Part shown: piece after piece, positions 21,566 to 30,133 of the stretch | Layout of the letters: the number at the start of each line of letters is the position of its first letter | How positions within the stretch are numbered: position 1 is the stretch's first letter | Source of the DNA: Vicinamibacterales bacterium | GTDB taxonomy: Bacteria > Acidobacteriota > Vicinamibacteria > Vicinamibacterales > UBA8438 | Assembly (NCBI GenBank): GCA_965215895.1 | Contig: OZ244130.1 | Span: 2,336,157-2,400,156, forward strand | DNA length: 64,000 nt | Reading direction: 5' to 3' | The notes under the pieces: generated by a model | Seen by the model: only the letters and a program-made list of their open reading frames with translations | Database searches by the model: none | Told to the model about the DNA's origin: nothing | Position numbers and translations under genes: made by a program

Positions 21566-22099
21566 ATGAGAATGCTCGTCGCACTCTGCGTCATGGTCGT
21601 GGTGGCCGTGGCCGCGGTGGGCGTCGGGGGAGCGGCCGCCCAGCCCCTGAAGGTCGGCGACATGGCGCCGGCGTTCGGTCTGCCGGGCACGGACGGCAAG
21701 ACCCACCGCCTGTCAGACTATGCGGGCACGCCGGTGGTGCTGGCCTGGTTCCCCAAGGCGTTCACCGGTGGTTGAACGGCCCAGTGCAGGTCGCTGCGTG
21801 AATCCAGCGACGCGTTGAAAGCCATCGACATGGCGTACTTCATGATCAGCACCGATGATCCGCAGACGAACCGCGAGTTCGCGGAGTCACTCGATTCCGG
21901 TTTTCCGCTGTTGAGCAATCCCACCGGAGAGGTCGCCGAGGCCTACGGGGTCGTGCCCGCCGGCGGGCGCGGGTGGCCGTCCCGCTGGACCTTCATCATC
22001 GGCGGCGACGGCAGAATCCTGCGGATCGACAAGCGGGTCAACCCGTCGACGGCGGGGCGGGACTTGGTGGCGCACATGCGGGATCTCGGGCTCGACTAG
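21566..22099 (+). CDS. Secreted peroxiredoxin (AhpC/TSA-BCP type), candidate selenoprotein with in-frame UGA at 21773-21775
   Basis: ORFs 21413..21775 and 21815..22099 share one frame. ATG 21566 follows GGAGGAGCAGGAG. The sequence across the TGA reads WFPKAFTGG[TGA]TAQCRS, which is the Prx PxxxTxxC motif with TGA at the Cys position. The downstream half ([16 protein letters not shown]...GVVPAGG...[12 protein letters not shown]) continues the thioredoxin fold. Confidence 0.6.
21790..21811 (+). promoter_or_regulatory. Candidate bacterial SECIS hairpin
   Basis: GTCGCTG-CGTGAATC-CAGCGAC has a perfect 7-bp stem and an 8-nt loop containing GU. The stem begins 14 nt after the UGA. Confidence 0.4.
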
Positions 22100-22149
22100 C
22101 CGTCGAGCCCAGGCAACTGCCGGTTCCCGGTGGGCCTGGAGAGGTTCGA

Positions 22150-22182
22150 GGGCCGGCGTGCCTCGCAAGGGTACGCCGGCCC
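22150..22182. terminator. Hairpin between convergent peroxiredoxin and tatA genes
   Basis: GGGCCGGCGT...ACGCCGGCCC forms a 10-bp stem with a 13-nt loop. It is followed by TTCTCGTGT on the + strand. Confidence 0.4.
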
Positions 22183-22224
22183 TTCTCGTGTACGTAACGT
22201 CTCGACGGCGCGACAGCGGGCGGG

Positions 22225-22434
22225 TCAGGCGTCGCGCGGCGGCTCGGCTTCAGCCGGCTTTTCCTTCGAGCTCGATCCCATCTCATCCTTGAAGCCGCGG
22301 ATGGCTTGGCCCATGCCTTTACCGAGCCCGGACAGACGGTTGGCGCCGAAGATGAGCATCAGGATCAGAAAAATGATGATCAACTCGGGAACACCGAGCG
22401 TGCCGATGAGCGCGAACACCGTATGATCCATCAC
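22225..22434 (-). CDS. tatA: Twin-arginine translocase subunit TatA/E
   Basis: FALIGTLGVPELIIIFLILMLIFGANRLSGLGKGMGQAIRGFKDEM is the TatA TM helix plus amphipathic helix signature. Confidence 0.9.
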   Translation of the reverse strand: MMDHTVFALIGTLGVPELIIIFLILMLIFGANRLSGLGKGMGQAIRGFKDEMGSSSKEKPAEAEPPRDA

Positions 22435-22611
22435 AGGGCACCTTCCTCAGTCGAAACCGGAATTGTCCACCAAGGATATCACGTCCGCGCCACGGCCCCC
22501 AGATCGGCGATCGCGCGGGCCGCTCCGATGCGGTACCGCGGCGCCGCGCCCGGAAGCGGGGCTTCGGAACGGCTTTGACGCGGCTCTGAAGTGTGATAGA
22601 CAGACCAGCCT

Positions 22612-24120
22612 ATGACATCAGAGCCCCTGTCGTCGCCCGCCAAGACCGCCGCGGAAACCCATTTCGACGAGAAACGGCGGAAGATCGGGCTGGTGGTCGG
22701 ACCCCTGCTCTTCCTGCTGGTCCTGGCGTGGCCGTTCGAGTCCCTGACTCCCGAGGGGCACCGGCTCGCGGCGGTCATGGCGCTGGTCATCGTGTTCTGG
22801 ATTACGGAGGCGTTGCCGCTGGCCGTCACCGCTCTCCTGGGGCCGGCGCTGGCCATCTCCCTGCAGGTGGCGCCGGCCGCCCAGACCTTCAGGCCGTTCG
22901 CCAGCACCACCATCTTCCTGTTCATCGGCAGCTTCATCCTGGCCCAGGCCCTCTTCGTCCACCGGGTGAACGAACGGGTGGCGTTCGGGGTGCTCTCGCT
23001 GAAGATCATCGGGGCCCGGCCCACGCGCATCCTGTTCGCCTACGGCCTGCTCGCCGCCGGCCTGTCGGCGTGGATGAGCAATACCGCGACGGCGGCGATG
23101 CTCGTCCCCCTCGGGGTGTCGCTGATTCGGTTCATGGAGTCGACGTCGGACGTCCCGAAGAAGTACGGGACCGCGCTGATGCTGATGACGACGTACTGCT
23201 GCTCGCGCGGGGGAATGGCCACGCCGGTCGGCACGCCGCCGAACCTGATCGCGGTCGGCATGCTCAGCGAGCAGTTGGACTTCCGGATCACGTTCGTGCA
23301 GTGGATGCTGTTCTCGGTGCCCATCGTGTGCGTGCTGATGGCGATCGTCTTCGTCTACCTCAACTGGATCGGACAGACCGGCATGAAGGAGATTCCGGGC
23401 ACGGACCGGATCATCGCCGAGCGCAAGGCCGCCCTCGGGCCGTGGCGCCGCGGGGAGATCAACGCCGTGATCGCGTTCGGCGTCACCGTCTGCCTGTGGG
23501 TGGGGCCGGGCCTGCTGGCCCTCGTGCTGGGCACCGATCATCCGGTGGCGGCCTCGGTGCTGGCCAGCGTGCCGGAGGCGGTGGCGGCGCTCGCCGGGGT
23601 GGTGCTGCTGTTCCTGCTGCCGATCAGCGCGACCGAGCCCACCACCATCACGTGGAAGCAGGCGGCCCAGATCGACTGGGGGACCATCCTGCTGTTCGGC
23701 GGCGGGCTCGCCATGGGCGGGCTGGCCGCGTCGACGGGCCTCGCGCAGGTCGTGGGCGAAGGCATCACCGGCCTCGTGCCGACCGGCGAGCTGGCCACGC
23801 TGACGTTCGCGGCCGCCCTGTTCACGGTCGTGCTGTCCGAGACGATGTCGAACACCGCGGCGACCAACATCGCGGTGCCGATTGTCATCTCGATCGCGGC
23901 GGCGGCCGGGGTCAACCCGGTCATCCCGTGCGTCGCGGCGGCGCTGTCCGCCTCGGTTGCCGACGCCCTGCCGGTGTCGACCCCGCCCAACGCCATCGTC
24001 TACGCCTCGGGCCGGGTCCGCATCACCGACATGATCCGCTACGGCGTGTTGATGGACCTCATCGCCGTCACCGTCGTCCCGGCCCTGGTCCTGCTGATCG
24101 CCCCGCGCTTCCTCGGGTGA
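22612..24120 (+). CDS. DASS/SLC13-family anion:sodium symporter
   Basis: 502-aa polytopic protein with VIVFWITEALPLAVTALLGP and a C-terminal repeat (SETMSNTAATNIAVPI, LPVSTPPNAIVY). Confidence 0.8.
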   Translation: MTSEPLSSPAKTAAETHFDEKRRKIGLVVGPLLFLLVLAWPFESLTPEGHRLAAVMALVIVFWITEALPLAVTALLGPALAISLQVAPAAQTFRPFASTTIFLFIGSFILAQALFVHRVNERVAFGVLSLKIIGARPTRILFAYGLLAAGLSAWMSNTATAAMLVPLGVSLIRFMESTSDVPKKYGTALMLMTTYCCSRGGMATPVGTPPNLIAVGMLSEQLDFRITFVQWMLFSVPIVCVLMAIVFVYLNWIGQTGMKEIPGTDRIIAERKAALGPWRRGEINAVIAFGVTVCLWVGPGLLALVLGTDHPVAASVLASVPEAVAALAGVVLLFLLPISATEPTTITWKQAAQIDWGTILLFGGGLAMGGLAASTGLAQVVGEGITGLVPTGELATLTFAAALFTVVLSETMSNTAATNIAVPIVISIAAAAGVNPVIPCVAAALSASVADALPVSTPPNAIVYASGRVRITDMIRYGVLMDLIAVTVVPALVLLIAPRFLG

Positions 24121-24240
24121 CCGCGGCATACTTCGATTCGGGCGCGGCGACAGGGTGCACGACAAGAAAGTGAGGACTTGCCGCCCTGGGGTATTGAGCG
24201 AGCGCTGATCGGCCGAGTACTCGGGTGGGGGGGTCCGACC

Positions 24241-24700
24241 ATGCCCGAGGCGCAGTTGACTGAACCGCTCGATCACGCGGCCGAAAAAAGGGGCTTCAAG
24301 GAGGAGATGTTCGCAGCGTTGGAGGCGGCGGTCGAGGCCGATGTCGACGCGTTCCTCAGACGAGGAAACGTGAATGCGCAGGACTTCGAGACCCTCTTGC
24401 AGACAGTTCACCGTCGAGCCCTCGCCACGGCGAGCCAAGCCGTCAAGGTGATTGGAGCGCAGCGTTCGTAGCCGCGTTTGCGGCTGAAATCGATGCGTTC
24501 ATCGGCCCGCGGAGAGCCGCCGCGCAGGACTTCGAGGCCATCGAGCAGGCACTCCGTCGTCGAGCCCTCGGCCTCGCCGCACAGGCGATGGCCCAGTACT
24601 TCAACGCGGACGATGCCGACCAGTCGAGCTCCCGCCTGCGCTACGCCGTCGACGAGACGCCGTCGGAATGGCAACGTGAGGGTTCGATGAGCTTGAAGGT
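24241..24700 (+). pseudogene. Two tandem N-terminal fragments of a transposase (ISKra4-like, tentative)
   Basis: ...DVDAFLRRGNVNAQDFETLLQTVHRRALATASQAVKV* is followed by ...EIDAFIGPRRAAAQDFEAIEQALRRRALGLAAQAMAQYFNADDADQ. The roughly 105-nt segments are clearly related at the DNA level. No catalytic domain follows. Confidence 0.3.
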
Positions 24701-24783
24701 GTGTTCGTCCGGAGAATATGCCACAATGAGGTCAGGCGAGGCGTACCATCGGATATGGGTCCGTCGACGTTGGGCCGACTTCC

Positions 24784-25701
24784 GTGACCACACTGTTTCC
24801 AATAACATCCGGTGCTGCGTCCGGTGTTGAACACGGCGCCGGTAGACCCGATTACATCCGACTCGATGCGGCGGACGACCGCTCGCTCTCGTCCGTGGCA
24901 GAACCGGTGTTGATCCTGGGGCGTGCTGCGGACGGTCTCGGTCTTCTGCCGGCCGCCAGCGTCCAGACGGTGGTCACGTCCCCTCCATACTGGTCGCTGC
25001 GCGACTACGAGGTCAGGGACCGGTTCGGGCGCGACGATGCCCTGGGCGGCTACATCGAGAGTCTCGTGGCCGACTTTGACAAGCTACGCCGCGTACTCAC
25101 ACCGGACGGCACGGTCTGGCTCAACATCGGTGACGCCTATACGTCTGGAAATCGTCGCTACCGCGCGCCTGACAGAAAGAACCGGGCACGCGCGATGTCG
25201 ATCCGGCCGCCGACGCCGGCGGGACTGAAGTCGAAGGATCTAATCGGCTTGCCGTGGCGTGTGGCCTTCGCGTTGCAAGACGCGGGCTGGTGGGTCCGGT
25301 CCGAAGTGATCTGGAACAAGCCGAACGCGCATCCGGAGTCCGTGGAGGACCGGCCGACCAAGGCTCACGAGACGGTCTTTCTGCTTTCGAAGGCGCAGAA
25401 CTACTACTACGACGTCCGCGCCGTTCGCGAGGTCAACGACAGGCGCCTGAGAACGGTGTGGGACATTCCAACCCGGCCGCGCCATCGCCACGGTCCTGAC
25501 GACGATCATCCCGCGCCGATGCCGATGACCTTGGCGGAAAGGTGTATTGCGCTCACGAGCAAGCCGACCGACGTCGTGCTCGATCCGTATGCCGGCTCCG
25601 GAACCACCCTGATCGCCGCGGCACGGTTGCGTCGACACTGGGTCGGTATCGAGCTGAAGCCCGAGTTCGTGGCTCTGATCGAACGGCGGATGGCCGGATG
25701 A
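24784..25701 (+). CDS. Beta-class DNA methyltransferase (N4-C or N6-A), type II R-M
   Basis: Motif IV (VVTSPPYWSLRDY) lies N-terminal and motif I (VLDPYAGSGTTLIAA) C-terminal. Also WLNIGDAY and EVIWNKPNAHPES. Confidence 0.85.
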   Translation: MTTLFPITSGAASGVEHGAGRPDYIRLDAADDRSLSSVAEPVLILGRAADGLGLLPAASVQTVVTSPPYWSLRDYEVRDRFGRDDALGGYIESLVADFDKLRRVLTPDGTVWLNIGDAYTSGNRRYRAPDRKNRARAMSIRPPTPAGLKSKDLIGLPWRVAFALQDAGWWVRSEVIWNKPNAHPESVEDRPTKAHETVFLLSKAQNYYYDVRAVREVNDRRLRTVWDIPTRPRHRHGPDDDHPAPMPMTLAERCIALTSKPTDVVLDPYAGSGTTLIAAARLRRHWVGIELKPEFVALIERRMAG

Positions 25702-26324
25702 ACGATCGGCAGCAGCTCAAGGCGCGAATCGACCGTCTGTCCCCGATGGCGGTGCGATTCGTCGCACGGATCGTCGATTCGCTGGCCAAATCACCGGCTG
25801 CGGAGATGCGCTCCCCAACCTGGCTGACCAGACATCCGCAGTGGATCGAGTATTTCGGTCTCGCGATCTCGGCGCACCATGGCACAACGTTCGAACCGCT
25901 GGGTCTGGGCAGCTTCGAAATCGCCTTCTGCAACGCGTGCGAGGCCCTTGAATGGCCGATAGAAAGGTCTCCGTCGGCTACGCAACGGTTTGTCGACCTC
26001 ACAGTTACGCCGAGCGATGGTGTGACGCGAAAGCTGTCACTGAAATCGACATCGGCCAAAAAACTGTCGGAGCACACAGCTCACATTTCCAAGTTGACAG
26101 AAGCTGCTTGGATTCAGGACGTGCGGTCGGCTCGCACGCGCCGACGATACACGCTTGAGCTGTTTCGAGAGTATCGTGCGGCGGTTGACGCCATCGTCTT
26201 GCTGCGGGCTTTTCGCACGCCGAACGCGATTCCGAATCGTTATCAGCTTCTCGAAATCCCCAGCGCGGTTTTCGCATCGCTGGAAGAGGCGCCGGAGTCG
26301 GTGTATCTGTTCTTGTTTTCGTAA
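25698..26324 (+). CDS. Probable cognate type II restriction endonuclease (208 aa)
   Basis: The ATG overlaps the methylase stop (ATGA at 25698-25701). There is no recognisable family, but FVDLTVTPSDGVTRKLSLKSTSAKK could be a PD...(D/E/S)xK core. G+C is visibly lower than in the backbone. Confidence 0.45.
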   Translation: MNDRQQLKARIDRLSPMAVRFVARIVDSLAKSPAAEMRSPTWLTRHPQWIEYFGLAISAHHGTTFEPLGLGSFEIAFCNACEALEWPIERSPSATQRFVDLTVTPSDGVTRKLSLKSTSAKKLSEHTAHISKLTEAAWIQDVRSARTRRRYTLELFREYRAAVDAIVLLRAFRTPNAIPNRYQLLEIPSAVFASLEEAPESVYLFLFS

Positions 26325-26328
26325 GCCT

Positions 26329-26880
26329 TTATGGCTCAACAACTTGCGGGAGCCGGTCTCCCGCCAGCCTACGATTCGTCCTACGTTGGCTACTTCTCAA
26401 CATGGGAACATTCGGGAACATTGCCGACAATCGTCGTTGTTGACGTGCACCATTCTGGCTGCTGTTGGTTTGCGGTTGCGTCCCGCAGCCGTCGGCTCTC
26501 GATCCCCGCTGGCCCGGGGCCTGACGCACGCGCGCGAGGCGTCGGCCCCAGAGACCGTGGACAGTCACGTCACCGAGGATCAGGATGGTGTCCGCGGGAG
26601 CGACCACCTGCTCCCAGTTCCGGAAGATCGTGTCGTTCATCTCGTCAGCCGTCCCGAAGGGTCGGCGGAAGGCTTCGATGGTTTTGGTGTGACCCAGGTG
26701 GAGGTCCGACCAGACCCATGTCCGGGCATGGTCGTGCCCGTACAGCCCCCCGGGAGTCATCCCCCGCGAGACACGCAGCATGCAGGACATCTCGCGTCGG
26801 TTGAAGTCCGGTGTTGGCGGGCACTTCAGCTCTTCCCGGAGCTGGGATTCGTAGAGTTCCTTGAGGGTCAGTGCATCCAT
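26329..26880 (-). pseudogene. Metallophosphoesterase, C-terminal half degenerate
   Basis: WVWSDLHLGHTKTIEAFRRPFGTADEMNDTIFRNWEQVVAPADTILILGDV matches the N-terminal motifs of small calcineurin-like phosphoesterases. No GNHD or later His motifs follow. The tail is R/Q/S-rich junk in every frame. Confidence 0.5.
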
Positions 26881-27067
26881 CGGCGATGACTGTCCATCGG
26901 GTGCCCCGGAGGGCCCCAAGCGGTGCCGTTGTTGAACGTGCATGCCCTTGCGGGCGCTCTCTTGGTGCAACCGCCGCTGCTGACGGTGCCGATCGAGGCC
27001 AGATCCAGCCGCCGCTTGCTGCGAGGCGCCGTGCCTCTCGCGCCACGGATCGGTGCGGCACTCGGCC

Positions 27068-27667
27068 TCAAGACGAGAAGACGTCGTCCAGGCGGAGTTC
27101 AAGGCCGGCGAGGAGCGGCGAGCGTAGCGTCTGTCCCCGGCTGAAGGTGTCGGTGGCTGCCAGTACGCCCCCGCGTTGGCGATGGATCGAGACGGTTTCG
27201 GCGATCGGGTCGACCAACCAGTACTCCGCCACCCCGTGTCTGTCGTAGAGTTCGCGCTTGGAGCCCCGGTCCTTGTCGGCGGTCGATGGAGACAAGATTT
27301 CGATCACGAGATCGGGCGCACCCCGCACCTTCTCGCCGTCGCTCAGCAGATGCTCGCGCTCCCGGGAGACGAACAGGAGGTCCGGCTGGACGACGTTGCT
27401 GTCGGACAGGAGCACGTCGCAGGGGGCTGTCAACAGCGTTCCCAAGGCCCGGCCCTCGATGAACAAGCCCAGTCGCGTTGTCAGCTTCACTTGCACCGTC
27501 TGGTGCTTGATGTTCGGGGCAGGGACCATGATAAGTTCGCCGCCCAGGAGTTCGTAGCGGTTGTCCGCCGGCGCGGCGCAGTAGTCCTCGTAGGTGAGCT
27601 TGACAGCGGGTTGCGCGGTAGCCACGTGGGTGCTCTCTTCCCTTGCCCGGATGGTCGCGGGGATCAT
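27068..27667 (-). CDS. Uma2-family (DUF820) endonuclease
   Basis: YELLGGELIMVPAPNIKHQ..., VVQPDLLFVS, GAPDLVIEILSPSTADKDRGSKRELYDRHGVAEYWLVDP is the PD-(D/E)xK Uma2 signature. Start at ATG 27667, or GTG 27625. Confidence 0.8.
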   Translation of the reverse strand: MIPATIRAREESTHVATAQPAVKLTYEDYCAAPADNRYELLGGELIMVPAPNIKHQTVQVKLTTRLGLFIEGRALGTLLTAPCDVLLSDSNVVQPDLLFVSREREHLLSDGEKVRGAPDLVIEILSPSTADKDRGSKRELYDRHGVAEYWLVDPIAETVSIHRQRGGVLAATDTFSRGQTLRSPLLAGLELRLDDVFSS

Positions 27668-27717
27668 GATAGCGCGTCTCGGCGCCGCTGTGGTCGTCCG
27701 TCGGGGTCGCTGGTGGG

Positions 27718-28369
27718 TCACCAGCGGAGCCGTTCGATCCACGTGTCGCCGTTCTCCGCGACGCGAACCTCGAAGCGGTTGATCCCGCACCTGAGCGAGC
27801 GGTACGCCGCGAGCCAGACGTGGAGCGCGTCCCGCAGGCGGCGGCCGCGGGCCTCGGGGGTCGCGTCGGGCATCCGGCGGATCGCGCCCTCGACCTGGTC
27901 GGTGGATGCGCCGACCCACAGGGCGTCGGCCATGAACGCGAGCGCGAAGCCGCCGGTCCGTCTCGACCCAACGAGGTCGCCCCGCGTCCCGACCGCGGTC
28001 ATCGCCATGGACATGTCGGTCTCAAGGGCCATGGCGCTGCCCGGCGTCAGGCTCAGCGCGCCGGTGCCGTAGCCGGTGACTCCCCAAACGGACACGCGGT
28101 CGTTGATGTGGTAGCCCGCCCAGGGGGTAGAAGCCGGTCATCGACGTTGTCATCTGCCCGGCGCTCGGGCCGCTGTAGCCACCGAGCCCCATGGTGCGGC
28201 CGACCGAGAGGCCGACGGTGAGCGGGCCTCGCCGGTAGTCGGCTCCGAGCATCGTCGTGCGCACGTCGCCGTTGAGCGACAGCGCGTTCTCGGTGTCGTC
28301 AGGGGTCAGTTTTGAGTGTCGCTTGACGCCGCGGGAGCGAGGCGGGAAAATAATGCATGACTGGAGCAC
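27718..28369 (-). pseudogene. Autotransporter beta-barrel domain remnant (frameshifted, truncated)
   Basis: Two overlapping ORFs in different frames read ...ALSLNGDVRTTMLGADYRRGPLTVGLSVG...GGYSGPSAG... and ...VWGVTGYGTGALSLTPGSAMALETDMSMAMTAVGTRGDLV...GFALAFMADALWV. No passenger domain is present. Confidence 0.45.
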
Positions 28370-29238
28370 GTATGCATAAGGACACAGAAACGTTTAAGAT
28401 TTCATCTCTTCAAGATGCAGAGGCTTTTGCGGCATACATCAGCCGCTACGGAGAGGCGACCTCCTCCTCTGGGCATGACATGCGCGGCCCCATTCTCAAC
28501 ATCTACAAATACTCGCGTGTCCATTCCAAAGATGATCGAATCAATGGCAAGCTATTGAATGCATATATCGATCTTGAATTGACTTGCTTGTTCATTATGA
28601 AGGACTCGCTATTGGCGGGAGGCATGCATAATCGACTGCACGATAAAGGCAAAACCACGTTGGGGTCAGTGCTAGATGACTTCGAACTATTCTCTGGGAA
28701 AGTGGATATTCTATATGTCTTGTCGGCTTGCTCTTTCAGAATGCGCGCTTTTTGGGATAAGTACATGGGAGTACTGTTTCTGCTTTATGAACACAAAAAT
28801 TATGATAAATACGTCGACGGACGACGCAGAAAGAACTTCTTTATGGGACGTGCCCGAGAGTGGCCGGGAATTTCGGTGCATCTCCGAAAGTGCCTAACGA
28901 ATATTGTAAGGACATCGCTCATACATTCGGGACAACGGGAAGCCGTGAGAGATATTGACAATCAGAACCTCTGTGTTCCGTTTCCGTATCCCTTTTTGAA
29001 AATACTAGACACAATAATCGCGATGGTGGACGCCGTCAGGACACACGAAGCACACGGCGCCGGGTTTTTGAGAAAGTGGACACTAGCTAACTTTCCGATA
29101 GACAAATCAAAAGATTTTGCCCTCATAAACCACTGGAATATAGGCAGCGCATTTATGCACGCGTTGCGGACGGAAATGGCCGCCCGACTCCGAGGGAGCA
29201 ACGGGGCTAGTCTTTCCAATGCCGACAATGAGTCCTGA
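28357..29238 (+). CDS. AT-rich orphan protein with C-terminal R-x4-H (HEPN-like) motif
   Basis: The 293-aa ORF fills an abrupt AT-rich block of about 0.9 kb. It looks helical. It has CSFRMRAFWDKYMGVLFLLY and MVDAVRTHEAHGAGF (R-x4-H followed by G). Confidence 0.6.
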   Translation: MTGARMHKDTETFKISSLQDAEAFAAYISRYGEATSSSGHDMRGPILNIYKYSRVHSKDDRINGKLLNAYIDLELTCLFIMKDSLLAGGMHNRLHDKGKTTLGSVLDDFELFSGKVDILYVLSACSFRMRAFWDKYMGVLFLLYEHKNYDKYVDGRRRKNFFMGRAREWPGISVHLRKCLTNIVRTSLIHSGQREAVRDIDNQNLCVPFPYPFLKILDTIIAMVDAVRTHEAHGAGFLRKWTLANFPIDKSKDFALINHWNIGSAFMHALRTEMAARLRGSNGASLSNADNES

Positions 29239-29406
29239 ACCTGGTCGGCCGCACTTGGCAGGCCTCTATCCGGTGCGAAACCGCCGGCCCCGCTGGCCAC
29301 GGCGGGACACTGTGAGGGGACCGGCCCGCGCGCCGTCGCCGGAACCGCGGCGGGCGGCGGCGCAGAGAGTCTCCGCGGGCTCCATGTTGCGATCCACTGA
29401 CGCTCC

Positions 29407-30133
29407 TCATGTCCGGTTCTTGTTTAGCGCGAGCAAGTGGCGGAGCGCGTTGTCATCTGTGATGTCCGTTGGCCACCCGTAGGCCGCGGCCACCGCAGCA
29501 TCGAGTGTTGCGTGTGCGTCGGCGAGCCACTGCGGGCGGGCGTTGTAGAGGTTCGTCAGCGTGCGCTTCCTGAGCGCCTTCGTGGCGTCCTCGTCACGGG
29601 GAACCGGCCGTCGCGGGTATCCCTGAACCGGCTCCTCCACCCACTCGACCCATTCTGGCGGGTTGAGCCACCGATCCCGCAGGTCGACGAGCCGTTGGGC
29701 GGCCTCGGCCACGGCGATCGCCCGGGGGTCGTCAGCGTACTCGGCGGCTCGCACGTTCGGCGTCAGACCGGGCGGGAACGGGAACGTCTCGAAGGTCGTG
29801 CTCGGCGTGTACCGCGGGTCGTTGCCCTTGCCGAGCCACGTGCCACGCCGGAGAGACCAGATCTCGTGAAACCTGCTGTGGAGGATGCCGAAGGTCGTGT
29901 CGTCGTCGCGCGCGATCGCGATCAGTTGATGATCGGGGCAGATGCGGGCGTCGCACCAGACGAACAGTCGGTGCTTGGCGACGGTTGGCGTTGCGATGAA
30001 GCGTGACAAGGTGTCGAGCGCCTGACGCATCTCGGGATATGGCCGAGAATGTCGCCACCAGTGCTTGCGACGGGGTTTGCTTCGATGGCCGCGAGGCGTA
30101 TCCATGAAGACTTGGTAGACGCGTTCCCGCACC
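29407..30133 (-). pseudogene. MmeI-like class I SAM-dependent DNA methyltransferase, 3' fragment (target-recognition region)
   Basis: ...HWWRHSRPYPEMRQALDTLSRFIATPTVAKHRLFVWCDARICPDHQLIAIARDDDTTFGILHSRFHEIWSLRRGTWLGKGNDPRYTPSTTFETFPFP...LTNLYNARPQWLADAHATLDAAVAAAYGW. It continues the 31407-32865 reading frame across the IS. Confidence 0.75.

Noticed and set aside
21413-22099. Treating 21413..21775 and 21815..22099 as two separate small genes, or as a simple nonsense pseudogene.
   Set aside because: Both halves are parts of one thioredoxin-fold domain in the same frame. The TGA sits exactly on the catalytic Cys position, and a hairpin follows. Selenocysteine recoding is the more economical reading, and the pseudogene alternative is kept as the refutation test.
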